Counted from the first letter of the stretch, positions 1 through 11,199 are shown. The stretch is DNA of 64,000 nucleotides from an uncultured Chloroflexia bacterium (GCA_963765765.1 CAVXYC010000015.1:352001-416000); one strand, 5' to 3'. Notes: generated by a model from the letters alone, not told the origin. Translations and numbers: made by a program.

Positions 1-685
1 TGAATGTATAGAACGCGGCGCCCAGGATGGCAGGGAGCACCAGCGGAACGGTGATGTCCTTCAGGATCCTGAGATTGCTTGCGCCCGTGATCTTGGCCGA
101 GTCCTCTAGCGTGGCGTCCATCGATTGGAACGCCGGCATCACCAGCAGAAAGATGAACGCGGCGAACTGGAGCGTCGAGATGAATACGATGCCCCAGTAC
201 GACGTGATGTTGAACAGCGGCTCGCGGATCAGGCCCAGGTCTTGAAGGGCGCTGTTCAGTAAACCCGACTTCCCGGCAATGAGAATCCAAGCCACGATCA
301 TGGGCAATGGCGGCGTGAAGAACTTGATCCAGATGAGGATCTCGATCAACCTGCGGCCGGGGGTATCCGTGCGGGTCACCACCCACGCCAGAAAGATTCC
401 GATAACCAGGGCGATCGCCACTCGTAGCGCGGCCAGGCTGACGGTGGTCCACAGCAGCTCGTATGTCGTCGGGTTGGTGAACGCGCGCACGTAGTTGTTG
501 ATCGTGAAGACGGCGTCGGCCTCAGGGCCTGACTTGAAGCTGGAGACAAAGAGCTGGATGAGCGGGTAGATGGCCAGCCAGGCGAGTGCGGCTGTCAGCA
601 GCCACGCGGGCCACCAGGCGCGCAAAACCTCGGGAATGACCGGTCGGGACTTCGGCTCCGACGCTGGGACGGCAATGCTACTCAT
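1..685 (-). CDS. ABC transporter permease (FbpB/iron-thiamine-like), runs off the left edge of the window
   Basis: Manual translation from ATG 685: MSSIAVP...AIYPLIQLFVSSF...LAWVVTRTDTPGRR...MDATLEDSAKITGAS (EAA-like loop), several TM segments; lies downstream of an SBP gene. Confidence 0.85.
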   Translation of the reverse strand, partial: MSSIAVPASEPKSRPVIPEVLRAWWPAWLLTAALAWLAIYPLIQLFVSSFKSGPEADAVFTINNYVRAFTNPTTYELLWTTVSLAALRVAIALVIGIFLAWVVTRTDTPGRRLIEILIWIKFFTPPLPMIVAWILIAGKSGLLNSALQDLGLIREPLFNITSYWGIVFISTLQFAAFIFLLVMPAFQSMDATLEDSAKITGASNLRILKDITVPLVLPAILGAAFYTF

Positions 686-768
686 GAGTCACACGACGGA
701 CGGTGGACAACGAAAGATGGACGGCTGAGTGCCGTCGTCTCTCGCCCGACGTCCGTCGTCCATCCGCC

Positions 769-2107
769 TCAGTTGTCCCTAAGCGGAATCGCCTTCTGCG
801 GTCCGCCATTCTTGGCTTCCCATTCCTTGACGGAGGCGTCCACGAGTCCGATGAACTCTTCCTTGCCAATGGCGCCATTGACCAGACGGGTCCAGAAATC
901 CAGCGCGGCAAGATCTGTATTCAGGTCGGCCTGCGGTCCCGAGACGATGAAGGTGCCCGCCTTATCCGTGCCGCCAACGAGCTCCGGCTTGGACAGAGCT
1001 TCCGGGAAGTTGGTCCGGCACATCGGTGCGGAGGCTCATGGTCTTGCGCGTCTTGACCATGTACTCGTGGCCTTCCTTACTCATGATCCAGTTGGCCAGC
1101 ACCAGGGCCGCGTTGGGATGCCGCGCATTGTTGAAGATGACCATTCCGTTGATGTTGGTCACCGCCGGGTAGCCGGAGAAGCGCAACACCTTGATCGGGG
1201 CGCCGGCTTCAGCGGCCGTCTCGAACCCGGCCAGCCCCATGGCAATCGCGGCTTCGCCGCGTGAGACCGCGTCAGCCTCGGGCTGCGGATTGGGATACAG
1301 GAGCGGCTGCTGGTTGGCGTAGATGTTCCATATCGCCTCGGGTGTGAGGCCGCCACCCGTATAGCCCCAGAAGATGTACTTGCTAGGGACGTCGCCGGTG
1401 GTCTTTGGGTCCACCCATGCGATCTTGCCTTTGTACTTGGGCTCAGTAGATAGGTGCATGTAACTGGTTGGATAGTCCGCGGCGGGGAGCAAGCGCGTGT
1501 TCACCATTACATGGCCGCCCGGGTAGGACGGGTAATTAATCATGTACGCGCCGCCGCTGCTCATCGCTAGCGGCTCCACCCGCCAATTGGCGGCGGGCTC
1601 CTTGAAGATAGGCAACGGCTTGTCCTTGAGGACCATGTTTAGGCCGTCTCGCTCCATGATTCCTGGGAAGGGAGGCGACCCGAGGAACATGTCCGCGGTT
1701 GGGACGTTCGCCCGCATCTCCTCGCGGATCCGCTGGTACGAGCCGCTACCGCCCGAGATCTCGACCAGGTCGATCTTGACGCCGGTGGCCTTCTGAAACT
1801 CCTGGGCGATCTGCTGGCCCTCAGCGCCACGCAAGAATCCCTGGCCGTAGACCAGCACCGAGCCCTCTTGCTTGGCAGCGTCCAGGATCTTCTGCCATTC
1901 CGGGTCCACCCCGGCCGGCGCGGCGGCGGGCTTGGCCGCGGTGTCGGGGGCGGCTGCTTTGGGGGCCGCGTCCTTGGGAGCAGCGGGTGCGGCTTCCTTC
2001 GGCGCCGCAGGGGCGCTGGTTGGCGGCGCCGCGGCGCCGCCCGCGCAGGCTGTCAGAAGCATGCCCGCGGTGAGCATGGAGATAACTGTCCAGGTCCGTC
2101 GATACAT
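769..2107 (-). CDS. ABC transporter substrate-binding lipoprotein (SBP_bac_6/8-like); 1 frameshift near 1000
   Basis: Lipobox LLTAC, Pro/Ala linker, PKYKGKIAWVDP and ARHPNAALVLANW motifs; C-terminus continues in ORF 769..1023. Confidence 0.85.
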
Positions 2108-2170
2108 GGGCGTACTCCTCCGTATTCCGGTGGCGCGGGTCCTCCATCTTGAAGCCCTGGGTGTACTACG

Positions 2171-3202
2171 CTACTTCAACCCATACAGCCGACTGGGATT
2201 GTCTCCCAGAATCTTGCTCGCAACGTTGGAGCTCACTCCCGGCAGGTCCTTCAGGCGCTGTAGTGCCTCCAGCTCACTCGACGTGTCCGCGTGCCCGTAG
2301 TCTGTTCCCATCATCAGTCCGTCATCGCCCGCGTAGCGCAGCACGTACTCCACATCGTCGTCCGTCTGGCACGCCACGACAAAGCGATTCTCCCGCAGTA
2401 CGTTGGACTTGTCCACCATTACACCGCGCTTCTCCTGGCGGCGAGCGTAGTCGTGCACCGCGTACGGTACCCACTGGGAGCTGAGCTCGACGAATCCGAA
2501 GCGCAGCTTCGGGAAATTGCTGTCGGCACTTTCTGCATGAGCAGACTGTGGAATGCCACGATGCCGGGAACTTTGAATCGCCACAGTCCCACTGTCGCTC
2601 GGGAACATGTCGTGGTGCGTGAATTTGCCTGTGGCCGCATGGACGCAGATTGGCAGATCCAGCGCCTCAGCCGCCTCATAGAGCGGGAAGAAATACGGGT
2701 CGCTGATGACTCGGTCCACGTCCATACCGCGCATGAACACTGCGCAGGCGCCGTTGGACTTTCCGAACTGAAGCTCCTCCAGCGCTTTGTCCATCGAGCG
2801 AAGTGGGAGTACCACCGCCCAGCGCATCCGCTCGGGCGCCTGCTTCCAGGCGTCTGCTAGCCAGCGGTTGTAGCTCTGGCATAGCGCCAGCTCACCGGCT
2901 GGATCGTCAGTGATCGGTCGAAGAAATATCGTCGGGTAGAGGACATGAATGTCCGTCCCGAGCTCGTCCATGTGCTTGATCCGCGCCGGCACGTCATCCA
3001 GCTCGCGGATCGCCTGGACCGTCTCCTCCACTGCCACCGGTCCGCCGAATACTGCTTTCCCGTCGACTTCCCAGTGTGTGGCGCTGGTGATGCCCTGATG
3101 ATTGACGAGTCGCTTGGGTCGGAACCGATCCTCGACGCCGTCCATGTATGACCAGGTACGCTCCGTTTCGACGACATGTGCGTCGGCGTCGATAACAGTC
3201 AC
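2171..3202 (-). CDS. Amidohydrolase_2 family protein (compensating indels near 2520-2590)
   Basis: IDADAH metal motif, LPICVH, MMGTDYGHAD; GGAGG RBS before GTG 3202. Confidence 0.85.
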   Translation of the reverse strand: MTVIDADAHVVETERTWSYMDGVEDRFRPKRLVNHQGITSATHWEVDGKAVFGGPVAVEETVQAIRELDDVPARIKHMDELGTDIHVLYPTIFLRPITDDPAGELALCQSYNRWLADAWKQAPERMRWAVVLPLRSMDKALEELQFGKSNGACAVFMRGMDVDRVISDPYFFPLYEAAEALDLPICVHAATGKFTHHDMFPSDSGTVAIQSSRHRGIPQSAHAESADSNFPKLRFGFVELSSQWVPYAVHDYARRQEKRGVMVDKSNVLRENRFVVACQTDDDVEYVLRYAGDDGLMMGTDYGHADTSSELEALQRLKDLPGVSSNVASKILGDNPSRLYGLK

Positions 3203-3355
3203 GGAAACCTCCAAAGCGCGAACTGAATCGACTATAGGTTCGGGGGCTCGGCCGTCAATGGGAAGCGAGAGATGCGGAGTCAAGGGGGATGTGCTGGGCA
3301 GCCGCAGGGTGCCGGACATAGCCTGGTGAAGTTCTGAAACCAAGCGGGCAAACAA

Positions 3356-3383
3356 AGGGCTTGTCCAATTGCGGACAAGCCCT
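3356..3383 (-). terminator. Intrinsic terminator-like hairpin
   Basis: AGGGCTTGTCC/GGACAAGCCCT 11-bp stem followed by TTTGTTT on the minus strand. Confidence 0.65.
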
Positions 3384-3850
3384 CAGTCATTCCTATCCAG
3401 TTCCTCAGGTTCGCGCGCGAAGTAGTCCGGAAGTGGACCTGTGCTTTCTAAGTCGTCACCGCCCCGCGGGCGTGACCAGCAGCCCGGCGGACCCTGAGGG
3501 GTGATTCCTGGCTCCACGTCCCTGGAACGCGGAGCCTTACCAATCCACCTGGAATCGAAGTTCGAGGACGTTCAACTTGATGTGCATCGGCCCTCCCTTT
3601 TGTCCGGTCTTGAGGTAGCTTAGGTACCTTCGCCACCCCTTTCCTATACCACATCAGCGACATGTCCGCAAGATGAAATCGCGGAAACGCGGAAAGCGTC
3701 GATTATCGTCAGAGAGCAACTTGTTGTAATTTCCGAAGCCCGAGTCTTGTGCCGGATTGCCACCCGTCAACTCTTTCGAGAGAGCCCAGTCCATCAGGGC
3801 TTCCCTGTTAGACACGAGCTCGCATGGCATGCTACGCACCTGACTCGGAC

Positions 3851-4765
3851 TTACTGGCTCCACCAGCGCAGCACGCCCGTGATGTTGCCTGCAAGGCCGC
3901 CTGGAAAGCTGGCCCACGTTCCGTACGTGGGCTGTAAAGCTGTACGGACTGAATTCACCATCTCCTCGGAATTATCCGCTAGTCCGGCGGCCTGAGCTTC
4001 CCGCACCGCCGCCATCAAGTCGATGTAATACTGGCGGTGGTCAGCGAGATCCTGCCGATTGCCCATGATGTTCGCGGCAGGACCGTGCCCTGAGAGGTAG
4101 GTATCGAAGTCGAACGTCTTGTCTACCCAGTCCAGCCACTCCACCATGCGCTCCGGTGAGGCTCCCTGGAGCTGCCCGAATGCGATCGTGCGAACGCGGC
4201 CCTGGTCCACTGTCATGATGAGCTTCTGAGCGGGGTAGGCGAAGATCAGATAATCATCTTGCGCTGTCGTCGCGGAGGGATGCAGCTCAAAGTGCTTTCC
4301 GCCGACATCCAGCGGGATCATCCGGTCCGTGACAACTGTTGGGACGGGGGTGGTGGGATCGTTGCGGGCCTCGATCCTGGGCTTCGCGAGGGTGTGGCCG
4401 ATGAATGTGGCGGTGTCGGAAAAGACGGCTCCGCCGTTGGCATGGTCGGCGTTGGAGTGGCTGTAAATCATCCACCTCACCGGCTGATCGGTGACGGAGG
4501 CGATGGCCCCCTTGAGTGCGACCGGAGCTTGCGGATTTCCGCCGCCGCCAATGGGATCAACGAGCACCACGCCCTCATCGGTGGGCACGAATAGCGCCAC
4601 ATGATTCAGGTAACGGAATGCGTATACGTCGTCACGCACGCGAACGAGCTCGGCTACCGATTGTGGCAGCGTCTGCTGGGCAATGGCTGGGCTGGCTCCG
4701 TAGGCGATCAGCATCCAGAGCGCGATGGCGGCGCCAACGCCAAGAACACGGGCAAGCACATGCAT
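3851..4765 (-). CDS. Secreted metallo-beta-lactamase-fold hydrolase
   Basis: Signal peptide, GVVLVDP, YSHSNADHANG (HxHxDH variant), YLSGHG. Confidence 0.8.
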   Translation of the reverse strand: MHVLARVLGVGAAIALWMLIAYGASPAIAQQTLPQSVAELVRVRDDVYAFRYLNHVALFVPTDEGVVLVDPIGGGGNPQAPVALKGAIASVTDQPVRWMIYSHSNADHANGGAVFSDTATFIGHTLAKPRIEARNDPTTPVPTVVTDRMIPLDVGGKHFELHPSATTAQDDYLIFAYPAQKLIMTVDQGRVRTIAFGQLQGASPERMVEWLDWVDKTFDFDTYLSGHGPAANIMGNRQDLADHRQYYIDLMAAVREAQAAGLADNSEEMVNSVRTALQPTYGTWASFPGGLAGNITGVLRWWSQ

Positions 4766-4917
4766 CTCGAGAACCTCCAAGTCTATCCATCAAAAATCCT
4801 AACAGGCCCACCATAAGCGGGACGATGAATTGGTCGAGTGGCAAATCGTCAACCGTCCGGCGGATTTCGCGGTAACGATTGAGGCTGCTGTGGGTCTTTA
4901 GATGGCCGCTAGGAGGA

Positions 4918-4949
4918 GTAATGGCGCTGCCGGGAGGCAGCGCCATTAC
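4918..4949 (-). terminator. Perfect 14-bp hairpin after the SBP gene
   Basis: GTAATGGCGCTGCC-GGGA-GGCAGCGCCATTAC. Confidence 0.6.
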
Positions 4950-4990
4950 GTTGGTGTGGAGCTACGAACCGTTGAGGGTCAACGGCCTGC

Positions 4991-6247
4991 CTACTTCAGC
5001 ACCTCAGTTATCAGCTCGCGAGTTTTGTCGATCTCGGGAATGAGGTTCTCGGCGTCGATCTGCACGTACTTCTTGCCCTGTTCGGGCTGGCGCTCCTCGG
5101 CACCTGCCGGGACGTCCACGCGGCGGCTGTTGGTTTGTAGCTCTTTAGACCAGACGGTTTGCCCATCCTTAGTCAGGAGCCAGTTGATGAAGAGCTTTGC
5201 TGCGTTGGGGTGGGGCGCCTTATCGACGAGCCAGATGTTGGTACCCGAGACGTACGTCCACTCTTCATTGTTGTCGATAGCCTGAAGCTCTTTGCCGATG
5301 CCCTGTGCCTGAAAGTCCACGATGATCTGCTCGTCCACAGCGCCGATGCCAATTGAGTAGCGCCCGCGTGCCATCATCTCGGTCATTTGGCGCGCGTCAG
5401 AGCCGATGAAGGGCTCCTGATCTGAAAGGAGCTTCCGAATAATCGGATCCGCGGCGTCACCGCCAAGGTTGGCGCGCAGGGTGGTCATGGGCCAGTAACC
5501 GCGGCCCTCGGTGCGAGGGTCTGCGATCATAATTTTGCCCTTGTATTTCGGGTCGACGACATCGCGGAAGCTCTTGATCTCGCCCTCGGCAATCTGGCCC
5601 GTGTGTACCCACAGTGAGCGTGCCTTGTCATTGCAGAAAGCGTAAGCCCATTTCTTATCGATGTCGGGCCAACCAGCATCAAATCCGCCCTCCCATACTT
5701 TGTCGTCCAGCACGTCCGGACGATTAATAGCGGGGCGCACCGGCTCCCAGACGCCGGACGGGCGAAGAACGGTAAGCGCCGTGGTTGTGGGAACCTGGGC
5801 GATGTCGTAGTTGAAGATATTCCCCTGGCGCTCCTGTCGTACGCGCGCAGCGAAATCGCTGCCGCGCAGCGCGGTGTGCTCCACGGTTACTCCGGGGAAG
5901 GCTTCCTGGAACAGGTCCATCACTCGACGATAGGCGGAGCCGACCCCCGTAACAGCGGCCAGTGTCCCTTCCCTCTTCGCCGCGGCGACCAGTTGATCCC
6001 AATCAGCGCCGGCCGGCGATGCATCAGTGGGCTTGGCTTCCGCTGCCTTGGGCTCGCCTGCTTTGGCGGCTGGTGCAGTTGTTGGCGGTGCCGCGGGTGG
6101 GGCTGCCGGCGGCGCGGCAGCAGGCTTCGCTGTCGGCGATGCAGCCTGCGGAGCTCCACAAGCAGTGAGCAGCGCGGCGGCGCCTACGACAGAGAATCCG
6201 CGCAGAAATCCTCTCCGCGAGACGGGTTTTCGTTCGAGATTCGTCAT
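4991..6247 (-). CDS. Tat-exported ABC substrate-binding lipoprotein
   Basis: SRRGFL twin-arginine motif, LLTAC lipobox, DPKYKGKIMIADP, APHPNAAKLFINW. Confidence 0.88.
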   Translation of the reverse strand: MTNLERKPVSRRGFLRGFSVVGAAALLTACGAPQAASPTAKPAAAPPAAPPAAPPTTAPAAKAGEPKAAEAKPTDASPAGADWDQLVAAAKREGTLAAVTGVGSAYRRVMDLFQEAFPGVTVEHTALRGSDFAARVRQERQGNIFNYDIAQVPTTTALTVLRPSGVWEPVRPAINRPDVLDDKVWEGGFDAGWPDIDKKWAYAFCNDKARSLWVHTGQIAEGEIKSFRDVVDPKYKGKIMIADPRTEGRGYWPMTTLRANLGGDAADPIIRKLLSDQEPFIGSDARQMTEMMARGRYSIGIGAVDEQIIVDFQAQGIGKELQAIDNNEEWTYVSGTNIWLVDKAPHPNAAKLFINWLLTKDGQTVWSKELQTNSRRVDVPAGAEERQPEQGKKYVQIDAENLIPEIDKTRELITEVLK

Positions 6248-6339
6248 TGATCCCCTCAATTATCGCCGTTGACCGTATTGCAGCTGACAAGCTTCGAGTA
6301 TTTAGCACGAATGACCGATCCGCAAGCATTGGACGCTGC

Positions 6340-7569
6340 TCAGGTTGTCGCTCCCGGCGTGGGGACAACGGATTTCCGCGATGCTCGGGAATACGTTTCA
6401 GTGCCAAACGCCCAGGTAAGCAGGGCACTCACTCCCATGATGATGGCTACGATCGTGAATGTCGGTCCAAACCCCATGGCGTCCGCCATGAGTCCAATCG
6501 ATATCGGCGCAATGATGGATCCGGCATTTTGAAGCAGTGACCACACGCCGATAAATGCGCCACGATTCTCCTCGGGCGCGAGGTCAATTGCGTAGGTCTG
6601 TGATGAGCTCGCCGCCATGCCTTCCCCCACGCCATAAACAAGCACCATCAGCACAACGCCCCAGTATCCGGTGGATAAACCGAGCAGATAGCATGAGAGG
6701 CCCAGAATCATCAGGCCGGGAACCATTGAAGCCTTCCGCCCAAATTGATCGACCAGCCAACCGTTAGGGAACGAGATGATGAGCGAAGTGATTCCGGCGA
6801 GCGTCATCATCAGACCAATGTCGTTCGCCGGTAGCCCAACGAAATCCTGACTGAAGACTGGAAAGAGCGCCTGAAAGACTCCCTGCTGCATGGAGCTGAT
6901 GGCGATGGTCGCGAAGGCCACAGTGATGAATGGCTTGTTCAAGAACAAGCCGGGGTCGAGCTTCGCCTTGGCAACGAGCTGGCCGTCTGCATGCCGTTTG
7001 GGCTCCGGCCGCGTCTCACGCATCATCCACAGGAGAATGATCAGCATGACGATCTTGGTGACGAAATTGAAGAGGAAGATGGATCGCAACCCGAACATCA
7101 CGGCGAGCAGCGCGCCGATGGCCGGACCAAGGATGGTGCCGAGCTTGATCGAGAAGCTCCGCGTCGCGACAACCATGCCGCGATTGTCTTTGTCGCTGAC
7201 GTCGCCGATCAAGATGTTGGCCCCGGTGGCCCAGATGGCGACGCCGATTCCGCCGATGAATTCGAGGACGAGAAACTCGAGATAGCTCTCGGTGAAAAAT
7301 TCCCAAAGAGCTGTGACGCCTCGCAGGACCACGCCGATGATGAGCACCGGACGTCGCCCCCAGCGATCCATCGCCCATCCCGTGATAGGAGCGGACACAA
7401 GTCTCGCTACCGAGTTGGATGAGGTGATCAAGGAAACGAGAAATACCGGAACGCCAAACGATGCGGCGAAGAGGGGTCTCGCGAGCTGGATTGCCCCGGT
7501 GCCGACGCTCCAGAGGAAAAAGTTCGAGAATATCGGCAGGCCTTGACGGCCAATGATGTTGGGGCCCAA
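6340..7569 (-). CDS. MFS transporter
   Basis: About 12 TM segments, motif A (GWAMDRWGRRP; GWLVDQFGRK). Confidence 0.9.
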   Translation of the reverse strand: MGPNIIGRQGLPIFSNFFLWSVGTGAIQLARPLFAASFGVPVFLVSLITSSNSVARLVSAPITGWAMDRWGRRPVLIIGVVLRGVTALWEFFTESYLEFLVLEFIGGIGVAIWATGANILIGDVSDKDNRGMVVATRSFSIKLGTILGPAIGALLAVMFGLRSIFLFNFVTKIVMLIILLWMMRETRPEPKRHADGQLVAKAKLDPGLFLNKPFITVAFATIAISSMQQGVFQALFPVFSQDFVGLPANDIGLMMTLAGITSLIISFPNGWLVDQFGRKASMVPGLMILGLSCYLLGLSTGYWGVVLMVLVYGVGEGMAASSSQTYAIDLAPEENRGAFIGVWSLLQNAGSIIAPISIGLMADAMGFGPTFTIVAIIMGVSALLTWAFGTETYSRASRKSVVPTPGATT

Positions 7570-7739
7570 CGATCACCTCGAAGAGAAGCTCCGCGGCGGA
7601 CGTCGGGAGCATTCCGCTGAGCCTCGGCTCAACCCCAGCAGAGTACACCCGAAACGGTTCGGTCCTCAACGCGGCGGGCTCTGGCGAGTTGCGCTTTGTA
7701 GGTATCTGGACGGTGCGAGCTGGACAACCCGTGTTCTGC

Positions 7740-8466
7740 GCTCATGGCGAGTGGCTCGTCCTCGATAGGTGGCATCTCGGCTATCAGACGACCATGGCCG
7801 ACTGTACCCTCAGTAATGCCCACCTTTGGAACCGAGCGCCAGATGGTCGCCTGATTTGTCGTAATGACAAGCTGTCCCTGTTAGGCGCTCGATCTCCGCG
7901 GCGGCTTCCATTGCCCGCCACGCCGAGCTTGAAAGTACTATCGCGTCTGCCTCATCCGGACAGATAGAGGACACGAGTTTCACAATCTCAGACGGTTCCT
8001 GCAGGTTCGCGTCCTCGAGGCTATTCTGAGTCATCCGGGGATCGCCAAACGCGCCAACCATTTCAAACCGAAAGTTTGCGAAGTATTCCCAGAGTCAGGC
8101 GTTGACATGATCGCCGTATGGCGTGCGGATTGCGACACGTTGAGTGCCGTAGTGGCGGAGCGCCTGGACGACAGACGGGGAGCTTGCTACTGCCGGAATG
8201 TCAAAGATCCGGGCGAACTGGTCTTCACTGGCTGCATTGCCCTTGCGCCAGCGCCAGTACGCCCAGCTTCATTGGTGTCAGGAAGCGGGTGGCATGAAGA
8301 AATTCGTCTCCAGCTTCTCCGTGCGCGCGGGACGTCGCGGATCGATGTCAGACCAGAGGTGGAGCTGTGTACTGTTACGGAGCGTGGAACCGCGTTGGCG
8401 GAAGTTCGGTTCCACCGTGGAATTGTTGGACGGGACGAGCAGTCGTATCCGTTTTCGCTCCGACAT
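7740..8466 (-). pseudogene. Asp/Glu racemase / maleate cis-trans isomerase family, multiply frameshifted (real decay or sequencing error); 3' end approximate
   Basis: MSERKRIRLLVPSNNSTVEP N-terminus; DAIVLSSSAWRAMEAAAEIE and VITTNQATIW segments in different frames. Confidence 0.6.
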
Positions 8467-8687
8467 ATTATCCCCCGCTCGGGCATTGACGCGTGACGCG
8501 TCCTGGACTCGAACACATCCGGTCTGAAAACGAGACCGTGATGGCAGTCTGCACCAGTCTTGAGTTGATCGTCGGCCACCAGTCCGCGGAGTTGCAGCGT
8601 GCATGCGGGCGATACTTTTTGGAGCGGGCGTGTACCTGGGTGGACTAGCAAATGACGGCTGGCCGGCTGCCTGGGCCTCTGCTTCGG

Positions 8688-9397
8688 CTACCAGGCTGCC
8701 AGCTTGGGCCAGGCCGGATCCGCGCCCCGTCCGGTCAGCCAGCGAAGTATGGTGCGCCCTGGGGCCACTCACCCTAATCGGCTCAAACCCTAGTCCAATG
8801 ACGTAGGAAGGTCGCTCGTCGGGAATGATATGCACGGCGGATTTCTCGGGAAGCCGTGCAAGAAGTCCCCGAAGGCTGATTGCGGTCTCGAGATCGAGAT
8901 AGCCATCAGGGATCGCGCTCCATTCTGGGCCCCCCAGATCGCCGATACCGAGATCGATCGCATGAAGCTCAACTTCGCGCCAGCGGAGGAAGATGAACTC
9001 CGCGAGCGAAGCCGCACCATAGGGACGAAGACCGAGCGCCATGCGCCCAGATGGAGTCCGTAGTGGTTGACCAGGCAGTCTCGAGCCGCCAGTTCGCGGC
9101 TCGCAAATTGGCGACGAGCACGTCTGCCGGTTGATCGGCGCCATCTTCAATGAGCTGAACACGCTCGTTCGGCCCACCCGGATATTGCGCCCGAATCTCA
9201 CCACGTGCTGCGGCTGCGAACACGCCGGTGTGACTGTCGGCATTGCGCGCGAGATGGTTCAGCACGTGCCCTACAGTCCAGCCTTCTAGTGCGGACGGTC
9301 GCCGCGCCACCTGGTCCGTTACAAGGTCGGCCGCGGCTTCGAGACGTCGATGCGCATCAGTGCATCCGTGAATCCAGTACTCAGGCACATGCGTCAT
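8688..9397 (-). CDS. Maleylpyruvate isomerase (MDMPI/DinB-like) family protein, frameshifted
   Basis: GWTVGHVLNHLARNADS, RWREVELHAIDLG, C-terminal WLTGRG in successive frames. Confidence 0.8.
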
Positions 9398-9588
9398 GCC
9401 GTCTCCATTTCAACTTGGTTTCAATGAATTTGTACCCATGGGCACTGCGGGGCTTTATCTCTTTCACTATTGCTACGCTAAGTACGCTCGTCACAAGGGC
9501 GGCTAACGCGATCAGCACACATACAGCGGCACCAGCAGCACTATAAGCCTGCCATAATTCGGGCCAGCGACTTGAAGGTGGGATTGCC

Positions 9589-11199
9589 GTGTCTGAATCT
9601 GAGCTGTGGTCTTTATCCGCCTGGGAGATGGCGCGCCTGGTGCGCGAACGGAAAGTCTCCCCCACGGATCTCGTGCAATCCCACCTCGATCGAATCGCCG
9701 AGCTCAATTCTGAGCTGGTGGCCTTTGTGCATCTTGACGCGGTAGGCGCGTTGAACGCAGCGAAAGGTCTTGGATTGGATAGGCCCAACATGCCACTGGC
9801 AGGTGTGCCAGTGGCATACAAGGACATTTATGACGTCGCCGGTATGCCGACAACGGCCGGTTCTCGCATCATGTCGGGATACGTTCCATCAGTCGACTGC
9901 ACTGTGGCGCAGCGGATGCGGCAGGCGGGCGCGGTATGCCTCGGCAAGCTGAACACGTTTGAGTTTGCCTCGGGCAGCATGGAGCTTTTCGGTGACGCAC
10001 GGAATCCATGGAACCTCGCATGTTCGCCGGGCGGATCCAGCTCTGGATCCGGGACCGCATTGGCCGCGCGCATGGTTCCTCTTGCTACGGGCAGTGATAC
10101 CGGCGGCTCCATCAGGATTCCCGCGTCATTCTGCGGACTGTCTGGCTTGCGGCCAACAACCGGGCTCGTTCCACTTGCTGGAGTCGTTCCACTGAGCTGG
10201 AGCCTGGATGCGGGCGGACCCATGGCTCGCACCGTACGCGACGTTGCGCTGATGTTGGACGCGATGTTGGCAGCGGATTCGACTACGTATCAGCCAGACG
10301 GCTTCGGCCCGAACGCGCTCTCCGAACGAGTAGCCGCTACGCCCCGTGAGATACGACTCGGGGTTCCGTGTCAGTACTTCTTCGATGCTCATGTGGAACG
10401 CGAGGTTGTAGTTGGCGTGCGCGAGGCTATCGAACAATTTCGGCAAATGGGCGCAGAAATCATTGACGTTGACACCCCACACGCGGAATTCGGATTGGCC
10501 GCGTCGTGGGCCATCGCGTACGCTGAGGCGTTTGGGTATCACCGAGACAATTTCTTTGCGAGGTCACGCGAGTACACACGCGCATTTCTCCACAAGATCA
10601 CTGGAGCCGCACTTGTCAGCGCGGAGGAGTACCTCGCGGCACAGCGGATTCGAGAGCGAGTGACGGCAGAGTTTCTGGAGGCTTTCACTCGCCATGAACT
10701 GGACGCACTGATCACGCCCGCGACTCCGTACACCGCGTTCGGACTCGGGGCGTCACCGCCGCAGGATATGGGGCGCCTCACTCGCCCCTTGAGCCTGGCG
10801 GGACTACCGTCACTCTCGATCCCGTGCGGATTTAGCCAGGCGGGCATGCCGATCGGCATGCAGCTTGTCGGCCGATCGCTGGATGAGCAAACGCTGTTGC
10901 AGATCGGCCATGCCTACCAGGAGGCCACAGACTGGCACAGCAGGATTCCACCACTCACTGAGCGAGCTCTACCCGACGATGCTGCTCCGGCAGGTGGAGC
11001 GCTTCCTTCTCAAGATTTCGCACGCAAGCGAGCCGGGGCACTGGGTTTGACCTACATCCAAGATGATGATTGGGATGGCATCTCCGCCTCCATTGCTCCG
11101 ATGCTGCAGCAGTTGGAGTCGGCCCGATCAATGCTATCGCAGAGTGACGCCCCAGCCGTCCGCCCCGCGCCCGTCATCGGACCTCGCAGCCGACGCTAA
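9589..11199 (+). CDS. Amidase-signature family enzyme (GatA/AtzE-like)
   Basis: GVPVAYKD, PGGSSSGS, GSDTGGSIRIPASFCG. Confidence 0.92.
   Translation: MSESELWSLSAWEMARLVRERKVSPTDLVQSHLDRIAELNSELVAFVHLDAVGALNAAKGLGLDRPNMPLAGVPVAYKDIYDVAGMPTTAGSRIMSGYVPSVDCTVAQRMRQAGAVCLGKLNTFEFASGSMELFGDARNPWNLACSPGGSSSGSGTALAARMVPLATGSDTGGSIRIPASFCGLSGLRPTTGLVPLAGVVPLSWSLDAGGPMARTVRDVALMLDAMLAADSTTYQPDGFGPNALSERVAATPREIRLGVPCQYFFDAHVEREVVVGVREAIEQFRQMGAEIIDVDTPHAEFGLAASWAIAYAEAFGYHRDNFFARSREYTRAFLHKITGAALVSAEEYLAAQRIRERVTAEFLEAFTRHELDALITPATPYTAFGLGASPPQDMGRLTRPLSLAGLPSLSIPCGFSQAGMPIGMQLVGRSLDEQTLLQIGHAYQEATDWHSRIPPLTERALPDDAAPAGGALPSQDFARKRAGALGLTYIQDDDWDGISASIAPMLQQLESARSMLSQSDAPAVRPAPVIGPRSRR

Noticed and set aside
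7900-7960. Racemase-family protein with Ser in place of the catalytic Cys
   Set aside because: The gene is too frameshifted to trust residue-level inference.
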